Assembly: GCF_001194135.2 (NCBI RefSeq)
Contig: NC_068983.1
Coordinates: 33,950,178 to 34,014,177 of the forward strand
Source of the DNA: Octopus bimaculoides
Taxonomy: Eukaryota
Direction of reading: 5' to 3'
DNA length: 64,000 nucleotides
Shown piece by piece: positions 28,748-42,003 of the stretch. Under the pieces are notes generated by a model that had not been told where the DNA came from, did not search any database, and saw nothing but the letters and a program-made list of their open reading frames with translations. The number at the start of each line of letters is the position of its first letter. Within the stretch, counting starts at the first letter, position 1. Position numbers and translations under genes: made by a program.

Positions 28748-28940
28748 GTACTACTACTACTACTACTACTACTACAGTAAATAGTAACAATATGTTCAGG
28801 ACAGTAACGACCCGAATATCAATAGCAATGATTATGAATGATGGTAGGTGTCGATATCACCAAAGCAACGCCACCAGTTACAAGAAAAACAATAACCACA
28901 ACAATAACAACATCAATAAAATCAACTGCAACAACAATAT
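27640..28940. repeat. Mosaic degenerate trinucleotide tract (CAC/CAT/GAT/CAA/CAG/TAC)
   Basis: Successive pure and degenerate triplet runs; similar tracts at 24890-25150, 29700-30240, 38240-38500 and 53620-53950. Confidence 0.9.
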
Positions 28941-29437
28941 AACAAGTGAACGAATCGTGGCTGATTGAACTGGTAGAAAGAGCAGCTAAGACTTCCTGGA
29001 ATACATCTCCATGGTCGTTTAAAAATCATGCATTAGATAACGTGAATCTAGTTTCATTTTGAGCCGAGAATCACGTTGTCTAACATAATAGACGGGATCA
29101 AAGTGACGGATGAATGAGATCCGTCTAAACAACAATAACAAATAAAAACAAAGTCTGTAGGAGTCGCTTGGTTTGCTAGAAATAGCAGCTTAATCAGCTT
29201 CAAATCGCACATAGGGTCTTAAGGAAAAGGAAACGTTGGACAATATAGACCAAGACGATACTAAAAAGGGATATGATCAGTGATAGCATCCCTTCCATTG
29301 TAGGTCTGGGGTCAGACTTGACCCGGGGTTAAATGACAATAACGACTACGAATCAACGACAATAGGATGAAATGTAAATAATATTATATGAATGATAAAT
29401 AAAAAGTTTCTGATGGTAAAATGGTATTTGTAATGAG

Positions 29438-29694
29438 GGTGGAGGTGCGTGGCCTAATGGTTAGCGGTGTTGGACTCATTATCGTAAGATTGTGTTTTCG
29501 ATTTCTGAACTGAGCGACGCTTTGTGTTCTTCAGCAAAACACTTCATTTCACGTTGCTCCAGTCCACTCAACTGGCAAAAGTGAGACTTCCTGCGACGGA
29601 CCAGCGTCCCGTCCAGGTGGTGAATATATTCGCCACGCCAAAACGGCATTATGGGCTTATATGACACGAGAAAGAAATTTACTTATGCACTTAC
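29438..29694 (+). mobile_element. tRNA-derived SINE (family D) with a V-domain-like block and 13-bp TSD
   Basis: A-box tggcctaatggttag, degenerate B-box ttcgatttc, cctgcgacggaccagcgtcccgtccagg at 29590-29617; tatttgtaatgag at 29425-29437 and 29695-29707. Confidence 0.8.
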
Positions 29695-30639
29695 TATTTG
29701 TAATGAGTTTGTGGTCAACGACGATGGACACCATCACCGTGACTATCATCTTTAAGATCGTGGTTAGGGCCACGATGACCATAATGCAAAAAATGATGCA
29801 TGTGATGATACTGATGACGATGATGGGGATAATGGCAATGATAACAACAGGAGTGAATAATCGGGACAAGACATAGAGAAGAAAAAAAAAGAAAAACAAC
29901 AGTAACAGTAATATCTGTTAGCTTCATGATATGTGTTAGCTTCGTCCTCAAGATCATCGACATTATCATTGATCATCGTCGTTGTCATCGTCGTCGTCGT
30001 CGACGTTATCATCATAACCACCACCACTACCACAACCACCAACTCACCACCACCACAACCACAACCACCACTGCCACTAACACAAGCAGCACCACCAACA
30101 CTACTACCAAAATCCAACATCATCGTCACCACCACCACCACCAACAACAACAATATCAACAACAACGACAACAACATTGTTATCAACATCATCATCATAC
30201 ATATATGCATACACATACACGTTGCCTCTGCTACAACCATCACAGGCTATTTAAAGCAATATATAAAAGGAACGGGCAGATGACAACAGAGCATCTGCAG
30301 AACATTTGCAAACACATTACAGGAGAAACTAAAATATAAAAATAAAAACAAAATACACGAAAAACAGCAACAGCTAACGCAAAAAAAAAAATGAACGAAA
30401 ACGCACAAACAAGCAAAACCAAGAAAGAAAAACAAAAATAAACTATTAATATAACGTAAACACCAAGGATATCAGCAGTAAACATGGCAGCAGATTTATT
30501 AGCATTTTATTGATTGGACACATTAGCTGTGTTTTGTTGGAGATATCTATGAGATTGGATACAGGGGAGGATAGATTCGGCGAAGACAACCGCTTTCTGA
30601 AATGACTGTGTGGTCAGGTTAGGTTTGACATATATTCTT

Positions 30640-30783
30640 TCATTTTGTTTCAGCCATTTGATTACGGCCATGCTGGAGCAGCGCCTTTAGTCGAGCAAAT
30701 CGATCCCAGGACTTATTCCTTGTGAAGCCTACTACTTATTTTAATCGGATTCTCTTTTGCCGAACCGCAAACGTTACGGGAAC
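30640..30783 (-). mobile_element. SINE family A, 3' half running into a gap
   Basis: gtttcagccatttgattacggccatgctggagcagcgcctttagtcgagcaaatcgatcccaggacttattc. Confidence 0.8.
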
Positions 30784-31456
30784 NNNNNNNNNNNNNNNNN
30801 NNNNNNNNNNNNNNNNNNNNNNNNNNNNNNNNNNNNNNNNNNNNNNNNNNNNNNNNNNNNNNNNNNNNNNNNNNNNNNNNNNNNNNNNNNNNNNNNNNNN
30901 NNNNNNNNNNNNNNNNNNNNNNNNNNNNNNNNNNNNNNNNNNNNNNNNNNNNNNNNNNNNNNNNNNNNNNNNNNNNNNNNNNNNNNNNNNNNNNNNNNNN
31001 NNNNNNNNNNNNNNNNNNNNNNNNNNNNNNNNNNNNNNNNNNNNNNNNNNNNNNNNNNNNNNNNNNNNNNNNNNNNNNNNNNNNNNNNNNNNNNNNNNNN
31101 NNNNNNNNNNNNNNNNNNNNNNNNNNNNNNNNNNNNNNNNNNNNNNNNNNNNNNNNNNNNNNNNNNNNNNNNNNNNNNNNNNNNNNNNNNNNNNNNNNNN
31201 NNNNNNNNNNNNNNNNNNNNNNNNNNNNNNNNNNNNNNNNNNNNNNNNNNNNNNNNNNNNNNNNNNNNNNNNNNNNNNNNNNNNNNNNNNNNNNNNNNNN
31301 NNNNNNNNNNNNNNNNNNNNNNNNNNNNNNNNNNNNNNNNNNNNNNNNNNNNNNNNNNNNNNNNNNNNNNNNNNNNNNNNNNNNNNNNNNNNNNNNNNNN
31401 NNNNNNNNNNNNNNNNNNNNNNNNNNNNNNNNNNNNNNNNNNNNNNNNNNNNNNNN

Positions 31457-31493
<37 letters not shown>

Positions 31494-33170
31494 ACATATC
31501 CCTAACGCTCAAATATCCAATGTTTCAAAATCGAATAAATGAGCGAGGTAACTTGAGATGAGTTGGAACAGACATCTTAGGAAAGTGTTTTCGCACTGAT
31601 AATTGACGATACTCAGCTCAAACGCAACAGATCACCAAACGAAAAGCTATATACTTCTCAGCAGAAGGCCTGTTGCCGTTATGTGTAACTAACATCTACA
31701 GATGTAGCTATGGCTAAAAGATTAAAATATAAAGCCAAATATTACATCATATAGTGGAGATGATCCTAAATCATTCCATCGTAGTTTTAATATAAACAGC
31801 GCAATATCCGCAAAAGATGTCCTATTACAATAACAATTTGAAAACGAATGGAAATCCCTCTAAAGAAGAAATGATGAGACGGAGAAAATAGCCGGAGAGT
31901 CATCTAGAATGTTAACCTACCACATGCATGTAGCTCATATTGCAAAAATCTACCCTTGGCATTCTGAGTTGAATATTGCAAGAAATTATCGACATAAATG
32001 TAAGAACTCCGGAATTTTCAAGAAAATTGAACATGAGAGGGGATTGGACAGATTAGATTTTCTTCGCAAGGGAGATGGTCGTGGCTTTAAATCTATATTA
32101 AAGCTATAACTAACCCGGCTTATAACACTGAAGCAATATCATCAGCAGACACAATGTTTAGTATCTCACTCGTTCAAGCTTGCAAGTACGAAAATAAAAA
32201 ATGTTATTACGATAGATAATGGTCTTCAAGAGAGACGTATAATAAATGTTGTTACATATCTCTTTACAAGTGATATAGACAAATCTATTTAAGATTTCAG
32301 AATTATCTAAGATAGTTTACATGAAATGCAGAATTGATCACTTGACAATAAATGGATGCACAAGGGACATTGAAGTCAAACCGCAAGTTTGCTAGATATG
32401 GTAGAATAATGTCTTCTTGAGGCATTTTGTGGTGGGTCGCTTAGAGTAAATATAGAAAAGAAGCGAAAGAAACAATAATAACAAAGGAAGATGAACATAT
32501 TGTAACTGACAGGTAACAAGAATTATTGGTGAAACATAATTATTCGAGTAGCAGGCAAATTTATTCACCAAGGAAGATATGTTGTTTGGGATCAGAAACA
32601 AACACGCTCTCTTATGAATTTCTGCTAGGTTTTGGTATCAATATCCTCAAAAAAATTATAGAAAGAAGGAGGCATATGTGAATCATTAATGAGAAAATTC
32701 AAGACACAATATGACTTTAACGCTCATAATGACTGCTGCAATGCTATACGACAATTTGATCCGGACCACAGTTTCGTTCTTACTCCAAGAAAGAACGTAG
32801 TTGTAAAATTCGCACTTTATAGATGATTAACATACCTGGGTTGATAAAAAATCTGCAAGGCTTCTTAAAGTTTAAAGGGAAAATAGTTGCGAAGCGGATG
32901 ACGAATATACGGAGCTCCATTTTATATAACCCTACCACCAAGCAGTGTGTATGCATGCGTACATACATAAACATAAATCTACATATACTTAGAAGTATGC
33001 ATGAATAGATATAAAGCATAGGTTAATGTTACAGTGTCTCCTGGAATTAGATATACACACAGCCCCGTATTTGAATACAGTACACACTCATGCATACAAA
33101 AAAAGGTATCCTATACACACTCGAGGGTTAAAGATGAAAGAGTTATGTATACACATTGCTTGAGTGAAAA

Positions 33171-33540
33171 TCGTCGTGACACTCAGTCGGATACGACGAT
33201 GAGTGTTCTAGTTGATCCGATCAACGGAACATTCTGCTCGTGAAATTAACCTATAAGTGGCCGAGCATTCCACAGACTAGTGTACCCTTAACGTAGTTTT
33301 CGGGGAGATTCAGCATGACACGGCTGGCCCTTTGTAATACAGGTACAACAGACACAGAAAGAATGAGAAAAAGTTGTGGTGAAAGGGTACAGCAGGGTTG
33401 GCCACCGCCCTCAGCCTGATCCTCGTGCAGCTTTAGCTGTTTTCGCTCAATAAACATTCACAACGCCCGGTCTGGGAATCGAAACCGCGATCCCACGACC
33501 GAGAGTCCGCTTCCCTAACCACTGGGCCATTGCGCCTCCA
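33171..33540 (-). mobile_element. SINE family C, full length with perfect 12-bp TSD
   Basis: Minus-strand head TGGAGGCGCAATGGCCCAGTGGTTAG (A-box) and GTTTCGATTCCC (B-box); cttgagtgaaaa at 33159-33170 and 33541-33552. Confidence 0.9.
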
Positions 33541-34289
33541 CTTGAGTGAAAAGATATAATTAATGTTGCTTACAAATATGCATACGTTGACTGATTCACA
33601 TATCCACAAATGATATATGTGAATATGTGACTAATACATACATATTCACATATCCTGTGACTCTTTTCACACAGACTAGAAAGCTTTGTCACTGTGTTAG
33701 CGACAGTGTAATGTTTAAGATAAAAATAAAGAAACTTAAAAGAAAAGCATACAAGCAATTCTTTTACAATAAAGTCATTCATGACAAGCAGAAATACCCC
33801 CTTCCCCTCACAAATAAATATGTATATATGAATCTGTGAATCGTGTGTATAACGTGAGATATATATACACGCATATAGAATTTTATGGAAGATAAATGTT
33901 TACTTGGTAAAATAGATAAGCACGATATACAGAAAATAACTTAATTCAAATATTCACTCGTGCACACATACACATATACTCCTATACACAAAATTGTTTC
34001 TGACAGGAAATTATTTAAAACATATATTTAACTTATATTAGACATACTGAGTGTCTTCGGTTCGACTTTAAATTGCATCCGATACTGGCGCTTATGCATA
34101 TCGTTATCAGATAATATTTTCCCTTGCTTTCAACATATATTTCTTTGTATACAGTTAAAAGTGTGTATGTGTGTGAGTGAACATGGATGTATATGTGAGT
34201 GTGTGTTTGTAATTTAGAAATAAATATTTAAATATAACGTTAGTCGGTGTTTGGTTATCCACTCAAGTGTATTCTATTTTTAACTACAA

Positions 34290-34892
34290 TTAATATTGCC
34301 AAACTAACAGCGGAGCTTGAAGCATTCCAACGCCACCACACTAAAAATATTGAAACAGTGCAGTGGATGAGCTACAAGGATAGGCTGAGAAAACTACAGG
34401 CTTACTCCCTGGAGCGAAGGCGTGAGACATATGCAAAAATATACATATGGAAAATCCTAGAAGGGCTAGTACCTAACTTTGGCATTGAGTGTTATACAAA
34501 TGCCAGAATTGACTGCCATTGTATTGAATCAAAGGTACCATTCACTCCATCTAAATTCAGAACCAGGTATTGCAATAGTCTAGGGTTCAAAGGCTCACAG
34601 CTCTTCAATGCCCTGCCACAAAAATTAAGAAATTTGCAAAAGATGGAAGTAGATGTCTTCAAAAAGGAACTAGACACCCTCCTCTCCACAATACCGGATG
34701 AACCAGCAGCCCGACATGAGGTACAGACGAGGGAAGCGGAATTAAACTTCATTATACACTAAATGTACGAACAGCTGGGACAAAGGCACATACAGGAGTA
34801 GTGATGTGAAACACCCAGACTGAGGAAGTCAGAAAGACCATGTTGGTGCTCCAGCATGACCAAGGCCGCATGGCTGAAACTAGTAAAAGAGT
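34290..34892 (+). mobile_element. CR1/L2-type LINE 3' fragment, related to the 1049-2085 copy
   Basis: ELEAFQR...SYKDRLRKLQAYSLERRR...IYIWKILEGLVPNF...FKKELDTLLSTIPDEP; ends in ggtgctccagcatg...gctgaaactagtaaaaga. Confidence 0.9.
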
Positions 34893-34911
34893 ATATAATA
34901 AAACTCTCTCA

Positions 34912-35090
34912 AGAATGCGGTTAGCTGGCTGAATCGTTAGCACATCGGGCAGAGTATGTAGCAGCCATTTCTTCCGTCTCTTTACATTCTGAGTTCAAAT
35001 TTCGCAGTGGTCGACTTTCCTTTTCATCCCTTTGAGGTTGATAAAAACTAAGTGTCTGTTGAACACTGGAATCGATGTAATCCATCTCAG
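34912..35090 (+). mobile_element. SINE family B copy abutting the LINE tail
   Basis: gcggttagctggctgaatcgttagcac...ttctgagttcaaatttc...ttttcatccctttgaggttgataaaa. Confidence 0.75.
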
Positions 35091-35768
35091 AAAATGAAAA
35101 GCTTTTTTTTTTTTCATAATTAGAAAGAGTGAAATACAGTTGTCTGTGGGAATACTATCTGCACGATGGAAACAGGCGTGACCTGCATGAGTGATTAAGA
35201 AACTAACGTTGCAATTTCGAGATATCACGATTGATCTCACTTCTTGACATTCTAGATAGTTTAATTTATCATTTCCCCTAATCAACTGAGATCTTGTTAG
35301 TGAAATTGGATAGACGGAAATTAGGCGGAAGATTAGTGGATTAAGTGTACCTGTAATTCAAACGACCAAATTTGCCATACACTATATTATATTGTTTCTA
35401 CCAGAGGATTATGGAAAGTGTACAAGTATCTGCGTACGTCATTTGAAAAATAACTCAATGAACACATGGAATAACAGACCCTCGGTCAGTTATGACGAGG
35501 ATCATTCAGTTTTTCGATGAACTGCACAATCTATTAGTTCACATGTAAATAGCTGAGTATTACACAGACGCTTGATCAAAATTAGTGTGACAAAGTGACT
35601 AATAAACGATTGACTATTGACCCACAGGCACAATCTATCCGACGCCTTGACTCACACTTTCCGCCCACGTGATTTCACTCACTAAGGTTTCGTAAACCGA
35701 GAAGCGATACTGTGGAAGCAAACCCGAGATCTCACGACTGTCAAGCGAAATTCTTACCAAAAGAGCTA

Positions 35769-36241
35769 CGAGGGGTGCTGAAATGTTCCTGGTTTTAAGG
35801 GTACTGTGGAAGGCCTGGCTGGAGACCGAACCTTCCAAGGTCTCTCTCAAGGTTTAGAAAAACCGAAGGACCGCAGCAATAAGTGCGTGAATCTGAGAGG
35901 GGAATATATTCTTTTCTACTCTAGGCACAAGGCTCGAAATTTTGGAGGAGGAGGCCAGTCGATTAGGTCAATCTTAGTACGTAACTGGTAGTTAATTTAT
36001 CGACCCCGGAACGATGAAAAGCAAAGTCGACCTCGGCGGAATTTGAACTCAGAACGTAATGACGGACGAAATACCGCTAAGTTTTTCGCCCGGCGTGCTA
36101 ACGATTCTGCCACCTCGCCGCCTTAATTTAATCTTTTCTACTCTAGGCACACGACCTAAATTTTGGAGGAGGCGGCCCAGTCGATTAGATCGACCTCAGT
36201 GCGCAACCGATCCTCCTGTATTTTCTTTTATCCAAAGCCAG
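35769..36241 (+). mobile_element. Internally deleted mariner-type element interrupted by SINE-B copies
   Basis: TA|cgaggggtgctgaaatgttcctggtttt 5' TIR, then a transposase C-terminal stub (KCVNLRGEY). Sequence resumes after the SINEs at about 36205 with gatcctcctgtattttcttttatccaaagccag (partial 3' TIR). Confidence 0.65.
35909..36205 (-). mobile_element. Two SINE family B copies, one full and one tail fragment
   Basis: ttcttttctactctaggcacaagg...gaatttgaactcagaacg...ctcgccgcctt (35909-36124), then a second tail at 36130-36205. Confidence 0.85.
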
Positions 36242-37419
36242 ATGTAATATATCTGCATTGCACGTACAGAATACGTATTGTCGAGAATGACGAAGGTTCA
36301 GTTTCCTTTATTTAGAGCATGTCTATAATGAAGGGAAGTCAGTTCTTAGTCAATGTCAATCGAATGATTTTGAAGTCGGATATCATTTTATCAAGAACCG
36401 CCTCAGCAAAAATAACAGGGTACTTGATCCAACATTTTTAATTGTCGATATATTGTGGAGAGATAAAACATGAAATGTAGTGTCGATCAGATCTATCTAT
36501 TTAACTATCTGTCTGCTTATATATACACACACACACACGGACACACACGCACACACTCTATTTCCAAACATATGACGAAATGAATGTGCACTAAACACAA
36601 AACTTGTATCACTAAGTCAATCTGCTTATTTAATACATGTGATTCTAACCAAATATGTGAGTGATACTTTCTTTCATTTGCTCACTCATATACGTATGTG
36701 TGAATGTGTGAGTGCATGTATGTCTCTGTATAGGCCAGAGTATGTGTGTATGTATGCGTGTGCGTGTCTGTGTGTGTGTTTATGGTTCTATGCATATTGT
36801 ATGACGTCAAATATCTCAATATGGTGTCGGTCAGATACAAAACATTATAGATATATAATCTCGTTATATTTTATTAGTAATATGATTACCATTCTTACTT
36901 CTACATCATTAATTCAACTCTGACGTGAGACTTCGGATCTTTTATTGTATTTCACTTAGCAATGTGCTGTCATGAATATGTTAGCAGTATATAAATGGTC
37001 CAGTTATGTTGCTTTTATTTTATAAGTTACAATTACTTTGTTTGAACTGAAAAGAGCCATGATGTGTATTATGCCACGTTGTATAATTAGAAAACTTAAT
37101 CAACTGGAATCAGTCGTAAAACTGATATAATAAAGAGGCGTATCACATGCTTTCCTCTGTGTAATGCGATACTTAACTCATTGTAGTGACGTTTGCTTTT
37201 CATGCTTTGCTTTAGACATCGAGAGAATGGAAACGAAATTCAATGAAGGGTTCTCTAAACATTATTGAATTTCGTTTTTCTCTAGTAAAAGCAATAAAAA
37301 AATACAGCCCTGAATTTGGTAAATCATTTAAACTACCTATTCTGTTTTTCATCAGTTCGCCAAACTTATTGGCATTGGCATGTATTTCAAGGTTTGGTTC
37401 CCATTATGAAGTCTCATTC

Positions 37420-37890
37420 CAACCAAGAAATCTAATCTTTCGCATTCTTCATATATTGGCTTCAAATTTTGGCACATTACCAGCAATTTCGGGGGAGGAG
37501 TAAACCGATTACATCAACGTCAGTAATTCTTTTCTACTCTAGGCACAAGGTCCGAAATTTTTGGGGAGGAGGCCAGTCGATTAAATCGACTCCAGTACGC
37601 AACTGGTACTTAATTTATTGACCCTGAAAGGATGAAAGGCAAAGTCAACCTTGGCGGAATTTGAACTCAGAACGTAAAGACAGACGAAATACCGCTAAGT
37701 ATTTCGTCCGGCGTGCTAACGTTTCTACCAGCTCACCGTCTTACATCAAACACAGTAATTGACGAGTACTTATTTTATCGCTTCCGAAAGGATGAAAGGC
37801 AAAGTCAACGTCAGCGGAATTTGAACTCAGAATGTATAAACAGACGAAATGCCGATAGGCATATTGACCGGCGTGCTAAAGCTTCTGCCA
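37420..37890 (-). mobile_element. Cluster of SINE family B copies
   Basis: Full copy at about 37525-37742 plus partial copies on both sides with gaatttgaactcaga and ggatgaaaggcaaagtc. Confidence 0.85.
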
Positions 37891-38838
37891 TCTTGTTGCT
37901 TTTCTTTTTATTCCACGCAAAATATATCGTAAATATTTGTTTCTTTTTCTTGGGATAAAACATTCCATTACTGAATGTATCCCTCTTCCATCCTCAACTT
38001 CCTCTTCACCATTTCTACTCTGTCTGAAACCAGTCACGATTCTCTCCTTTGTAGGTTGATGTATTCTTTAATGCTTATACACCATCTTCTTTCCTCACCG
38101 CCCCTTTTTCACAATCCCTTAATTAAAAGCAAAATAATACAGAATGGTAGCAGTTTGTTCTGAATAAAGATTTGTAAACTGATATGGCTAAGGCAATCTT
38201 TGTCGGATATCCTGAAGTTTGGCCGTAAACTATTGTCCACTACATTGTTGGATTGTTGATGTTGCGGCTGTTGTTGTTGTGGTTGTTGCTGCGGCTGTTG
38301 TAGGTGTTGTTGTTTTGGTGGTGGTGGTGGGGTGGGGTGGGGTGGTGATGATGATCATAATTATGAGGTACACGATGTCAACAAAGTCACTGATGAACCG
38401 ATGATGACGCTGATGTCGACGATGCTGACGACGATGATAATTTTCACGACGACGACGACGACGATGATGATGGTTATGATCGTATATCCCAAATCGGCAG
38501 CTCTGACTAACTAGATATATGACGAAAGGCTTCCCTATGAGGAACACACCATCTTCTTCATCTACATCAAAATTATCCCCCCCCACCCTCTATTCATTTC
38601 GAGTGTGTACAGGATTCACAGCGCTCTCAAGATGTTATGCTATAATTACACATTGATTTCACTGCAATTTCTAGCTGGTAGAATGAACCTCACCCGATGT
38701 CCTCGCTGATTGGCGTGCTCTAATTTGCCGAAATTTTGCTCTCGCCTCCAATAAAGCTGCCTCTCTTCCTCTACATAATGTATTATGTAAGTTGTGTCTG
38801 ATATTACAATTTCTAGGGTAAATTTCTATTATATATAC

Positions 38839-38879
<41 letters not shown>

Positions 38880-39361
38880 NNNNNNNNNNNNNNNNNNNNN
38901 NNNNNNNNNNNNNNNNNNNNNNNNNNNNNNNNNNNNNNNNNNNNNNNNNNNNNNNNNNNNNNNNNNNNNNNNNNNNNNNNNNNNNNNNNNNNNNNNNNNN
39001 NNNNNNNNNNNNNNNNNNNNNNNNNNNNNNNNNNNNNNNNNNNNNNNNNNNNNNNNNNNNNNNNNNNNNNNNNNNNNNNNNNNNNNNNNNNNNNNNNNNN
39101 NNNNNNNNNNNNNNNNNNNNNNNNNNNNNNNNNNNNNNNNNNNNNNNNNNNNNNNNNNNNNNNNNNNNNNNNNNNNNNNNNNNNNNNNNNNNNNNNNNNN
39201 NNNNNNNNNNNNNNNNNNNNNNNNNNNNNNNNNNNNNNNNNNNNNNNNNNNNNNNNNNNNNNNNNNNNNNNNNNNNNNNNNNNNNNNNNNNNNNNNNNNN
39301 NNNNNNNNNNNNNNNNNNNNNNNNNNNNNNNNNNNNNNATATATATATATATATATATATA

Positions 39362-39511
39362 TATACGACGAGCATCAGTTCCCGTCTACCAAATCCACTC
39401 ATAAGGCTATGGTCGACCCCAAGGTGCCACGCAGTGAAAGTGAAAGTGAAACTGAACCTGGGACCATGTGGTTGGGAAGCAAGCTTTTTACCACACAACC
39501 ACTCCTGCGCC
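39362..39511 (-). mobile_element. SINE family A, 5' half
   Basis: gtctaccaaatccactc...accatgtggttgggaagcaagc...ccactcctgcgcc. Confidence 0.8.
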
Positions 39512-41683
39512 TATATATGTATGTCTAGATTTAAACATAAATGCTTGTAACGTGACGTAACTGTGTCTGTTTGTGCGTTATATGTTGTCCAAATTTGTAA
39601 GGTACAGCAGAATCGATAAACTTGAGCCAATGACTTATGCCATTTATGTTATCGATCGTAAAATGGATAAACAGCAAAACCAATCTTGGCAAGATTTGAA
39701 ACATGACGTAGATGTGACAAGACTGAATATTATGTAGAATTTGTTACAGCGCTGTTTTGTTTCTAATCGCTTTGCAAGCCGAAACATGAAAAGAAAGAAT
39801 AAAATGTAGCATTTTCTTTATAAATATCAGTTTTGTACGACAATATGAAACCTAAGTATCTTGGACAAACTTAATGCGTCTTTTCTCTGTCTCTTTCTCG
39901 AAAGTATTATAGATGTAATTGATAGGAATCAGTTAGACAACATTTGACCAAGCGTCATGGTGTTGCTTTTCTTAACTGTGGGTAGAAAAGATATACAACT
40001 ACCCTTAGAGCCGAGAGTTGTTGTCTGCTGTTCGAGATAATAGGGATTACTGTCTTACGTAATTAAATGTGAAGTGTGAGGTTTGAAGCTGGAGTTTGCT
40101 TGTCAATCAAACATTTTGTTAATCATGTTTAAATAAACAGAGTTTCTTCTGATGTGAATTTATAAAACAAAAACTGTGTAGGATAAAATACGCACTTTGT
40201 CACATGTTTGCTGAGGATTAATACTTAAGGATTTAAATTCATAGCCCCAGTTAACGCTTATTGATTACACTTACGGTCAACAACATTCCAGCTATGACCA
40301 TCTGCAGTTTTTTCTTTCTAACATAATTACTTGATATTTTGGCACCGGTACAACAATTTTGAAAGGAGGGAGCAAATGGATTGCATCAACTCCAGTAATT
40401 GTCTGGTAATTTATTGACTCCGAAAGGATAAAATGCAAAAGTGACCTCGACAGGATTTGAACTCAAAACGTAAAAAACTTGAAGAAAAGTGGCGAGGTAT
40501 TTTTCTTTTTTTTCTGACGTCTTAACGATTCCACTAAATTACAGACTTTCGTAACAAATCTACTCTGTTATCCAATATTTGCTATAAAATCATAAACTGT
40601 GATTTGAGTAAGATGCGGTTGTTATTTCTGGAATGTCAAGCCACCACACAAGGATACTTGTCAGCATAAAGTTTGCACATTTTGTGCCGAAGTAATCCAA
40701 TAAAACAGGGATTCAGTCCATGTCCCAAAAGTTGGATAAGACTGGAATAGAACAATAAAAACTGTGAGCACATCAGAGAATAAAATCTGCAGCACACATT
40801 ACTAGGAGAATATCTGTATGAAATATTAAAATGAATTTTGTCCAACGCTCTTCATTTGGTGCCAACTTGTTAATTGGAGCAATTTGATCGTTTTTTTTAT
40901 ATTCTGACCATTAGTGTTGCTCAGATGGTGAACATTTACAGATCTTGTAATTGTCAGATAGTAATGTGGAGATGTGGTTTCATGCTGTAGATTACACATA
41001 CAGAAACTAGCTTAGTGAGGGAGCATATTGTCGAAATAGCAAGGAAATTTCCTTCAGATTAAACTTCGCTGTCTTAAACTAAAAACGGATATGCGGAGGT
41101 AGTATCTGTGCGTGTCTGCACATGGTTGCACTCATACACACACGCTAACAAACACACGTTTGACTTACATTAAAGATTTGCTTAAAGTTTTATATGCGCG
41201 CGCACGCGTTTCTCTCTCGTTCTGTGTGTGTGTGTGTGTGTGTGTATGTGCATAAGTTTCCTAACTTCATCGAGGCTTTAAGACATCAGTTTTTACCTTC
41301 TAGTAGAAATTATGTTGGTAGTAACATATTATTGAGGCTTTGATGTAGATCCACGTAAACATGAAGATGAATGATGGCTTATTTTCTCTTTCAAATGCTT
41401 GCCACAGGAATTCAGATATTTTCCTCTACAATAGGAAAATAGATTAGTATAACGCAAAATTTCATTTCCAAAATAGTTTCCAAAACTGGGTAGAAATATA
41501 AGATAAGCCTGCAACAAACAGATCCACGTAGTTCTTCATAATTCCTCAAGGATTTAATGCATCCAAAAAATATCATTCTTCCCTTAACTGATATCCGGGA
41601 ATAATTTCATTGTTTCGTAAAGATTTAATAATGATGGAATGCAAAAATCTTTAGCAAAACGGAAGTATAATTGTATTTTCGAT

Positions 41684-41727
<44 letters not shown>

Positions 41728-41962
41728 ACTTCCTTTCTTTCTTACATCCTTTCTTTCTGTCTTATATGTGTATGTGTGTGCGCGCGCGCGCGTGTGTACA
41801 TGTTTCCTTGTTTATGTCATGGGACTGGGAATTAATAAATTTGATTCAATTTTCAGCATTGAACTCCCCATCAGCAAATGGTATGAGGTTGGTATTTTAA
41901 AAACTGCTTTAAAATGATACCATTAAATAATTGCACGCATGCATACATGAATCCATACATAC

Positions 41963-42003
<41 letters not shown>

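Noticed and set aside
27852-30339. Poly-H/M/T/P ORFs of 100-160 aa
   Set aside because: Triplet mosaics open in several frames on both strands, with no splice or homology support.
38671-38830. Arg/Ala-rich frame (EARAKFRQIRARQSAR) next to a TA tract, considered as a Helitron 5' region
   Set aside because: Too short and without diagnostic termini or Rep motifs.
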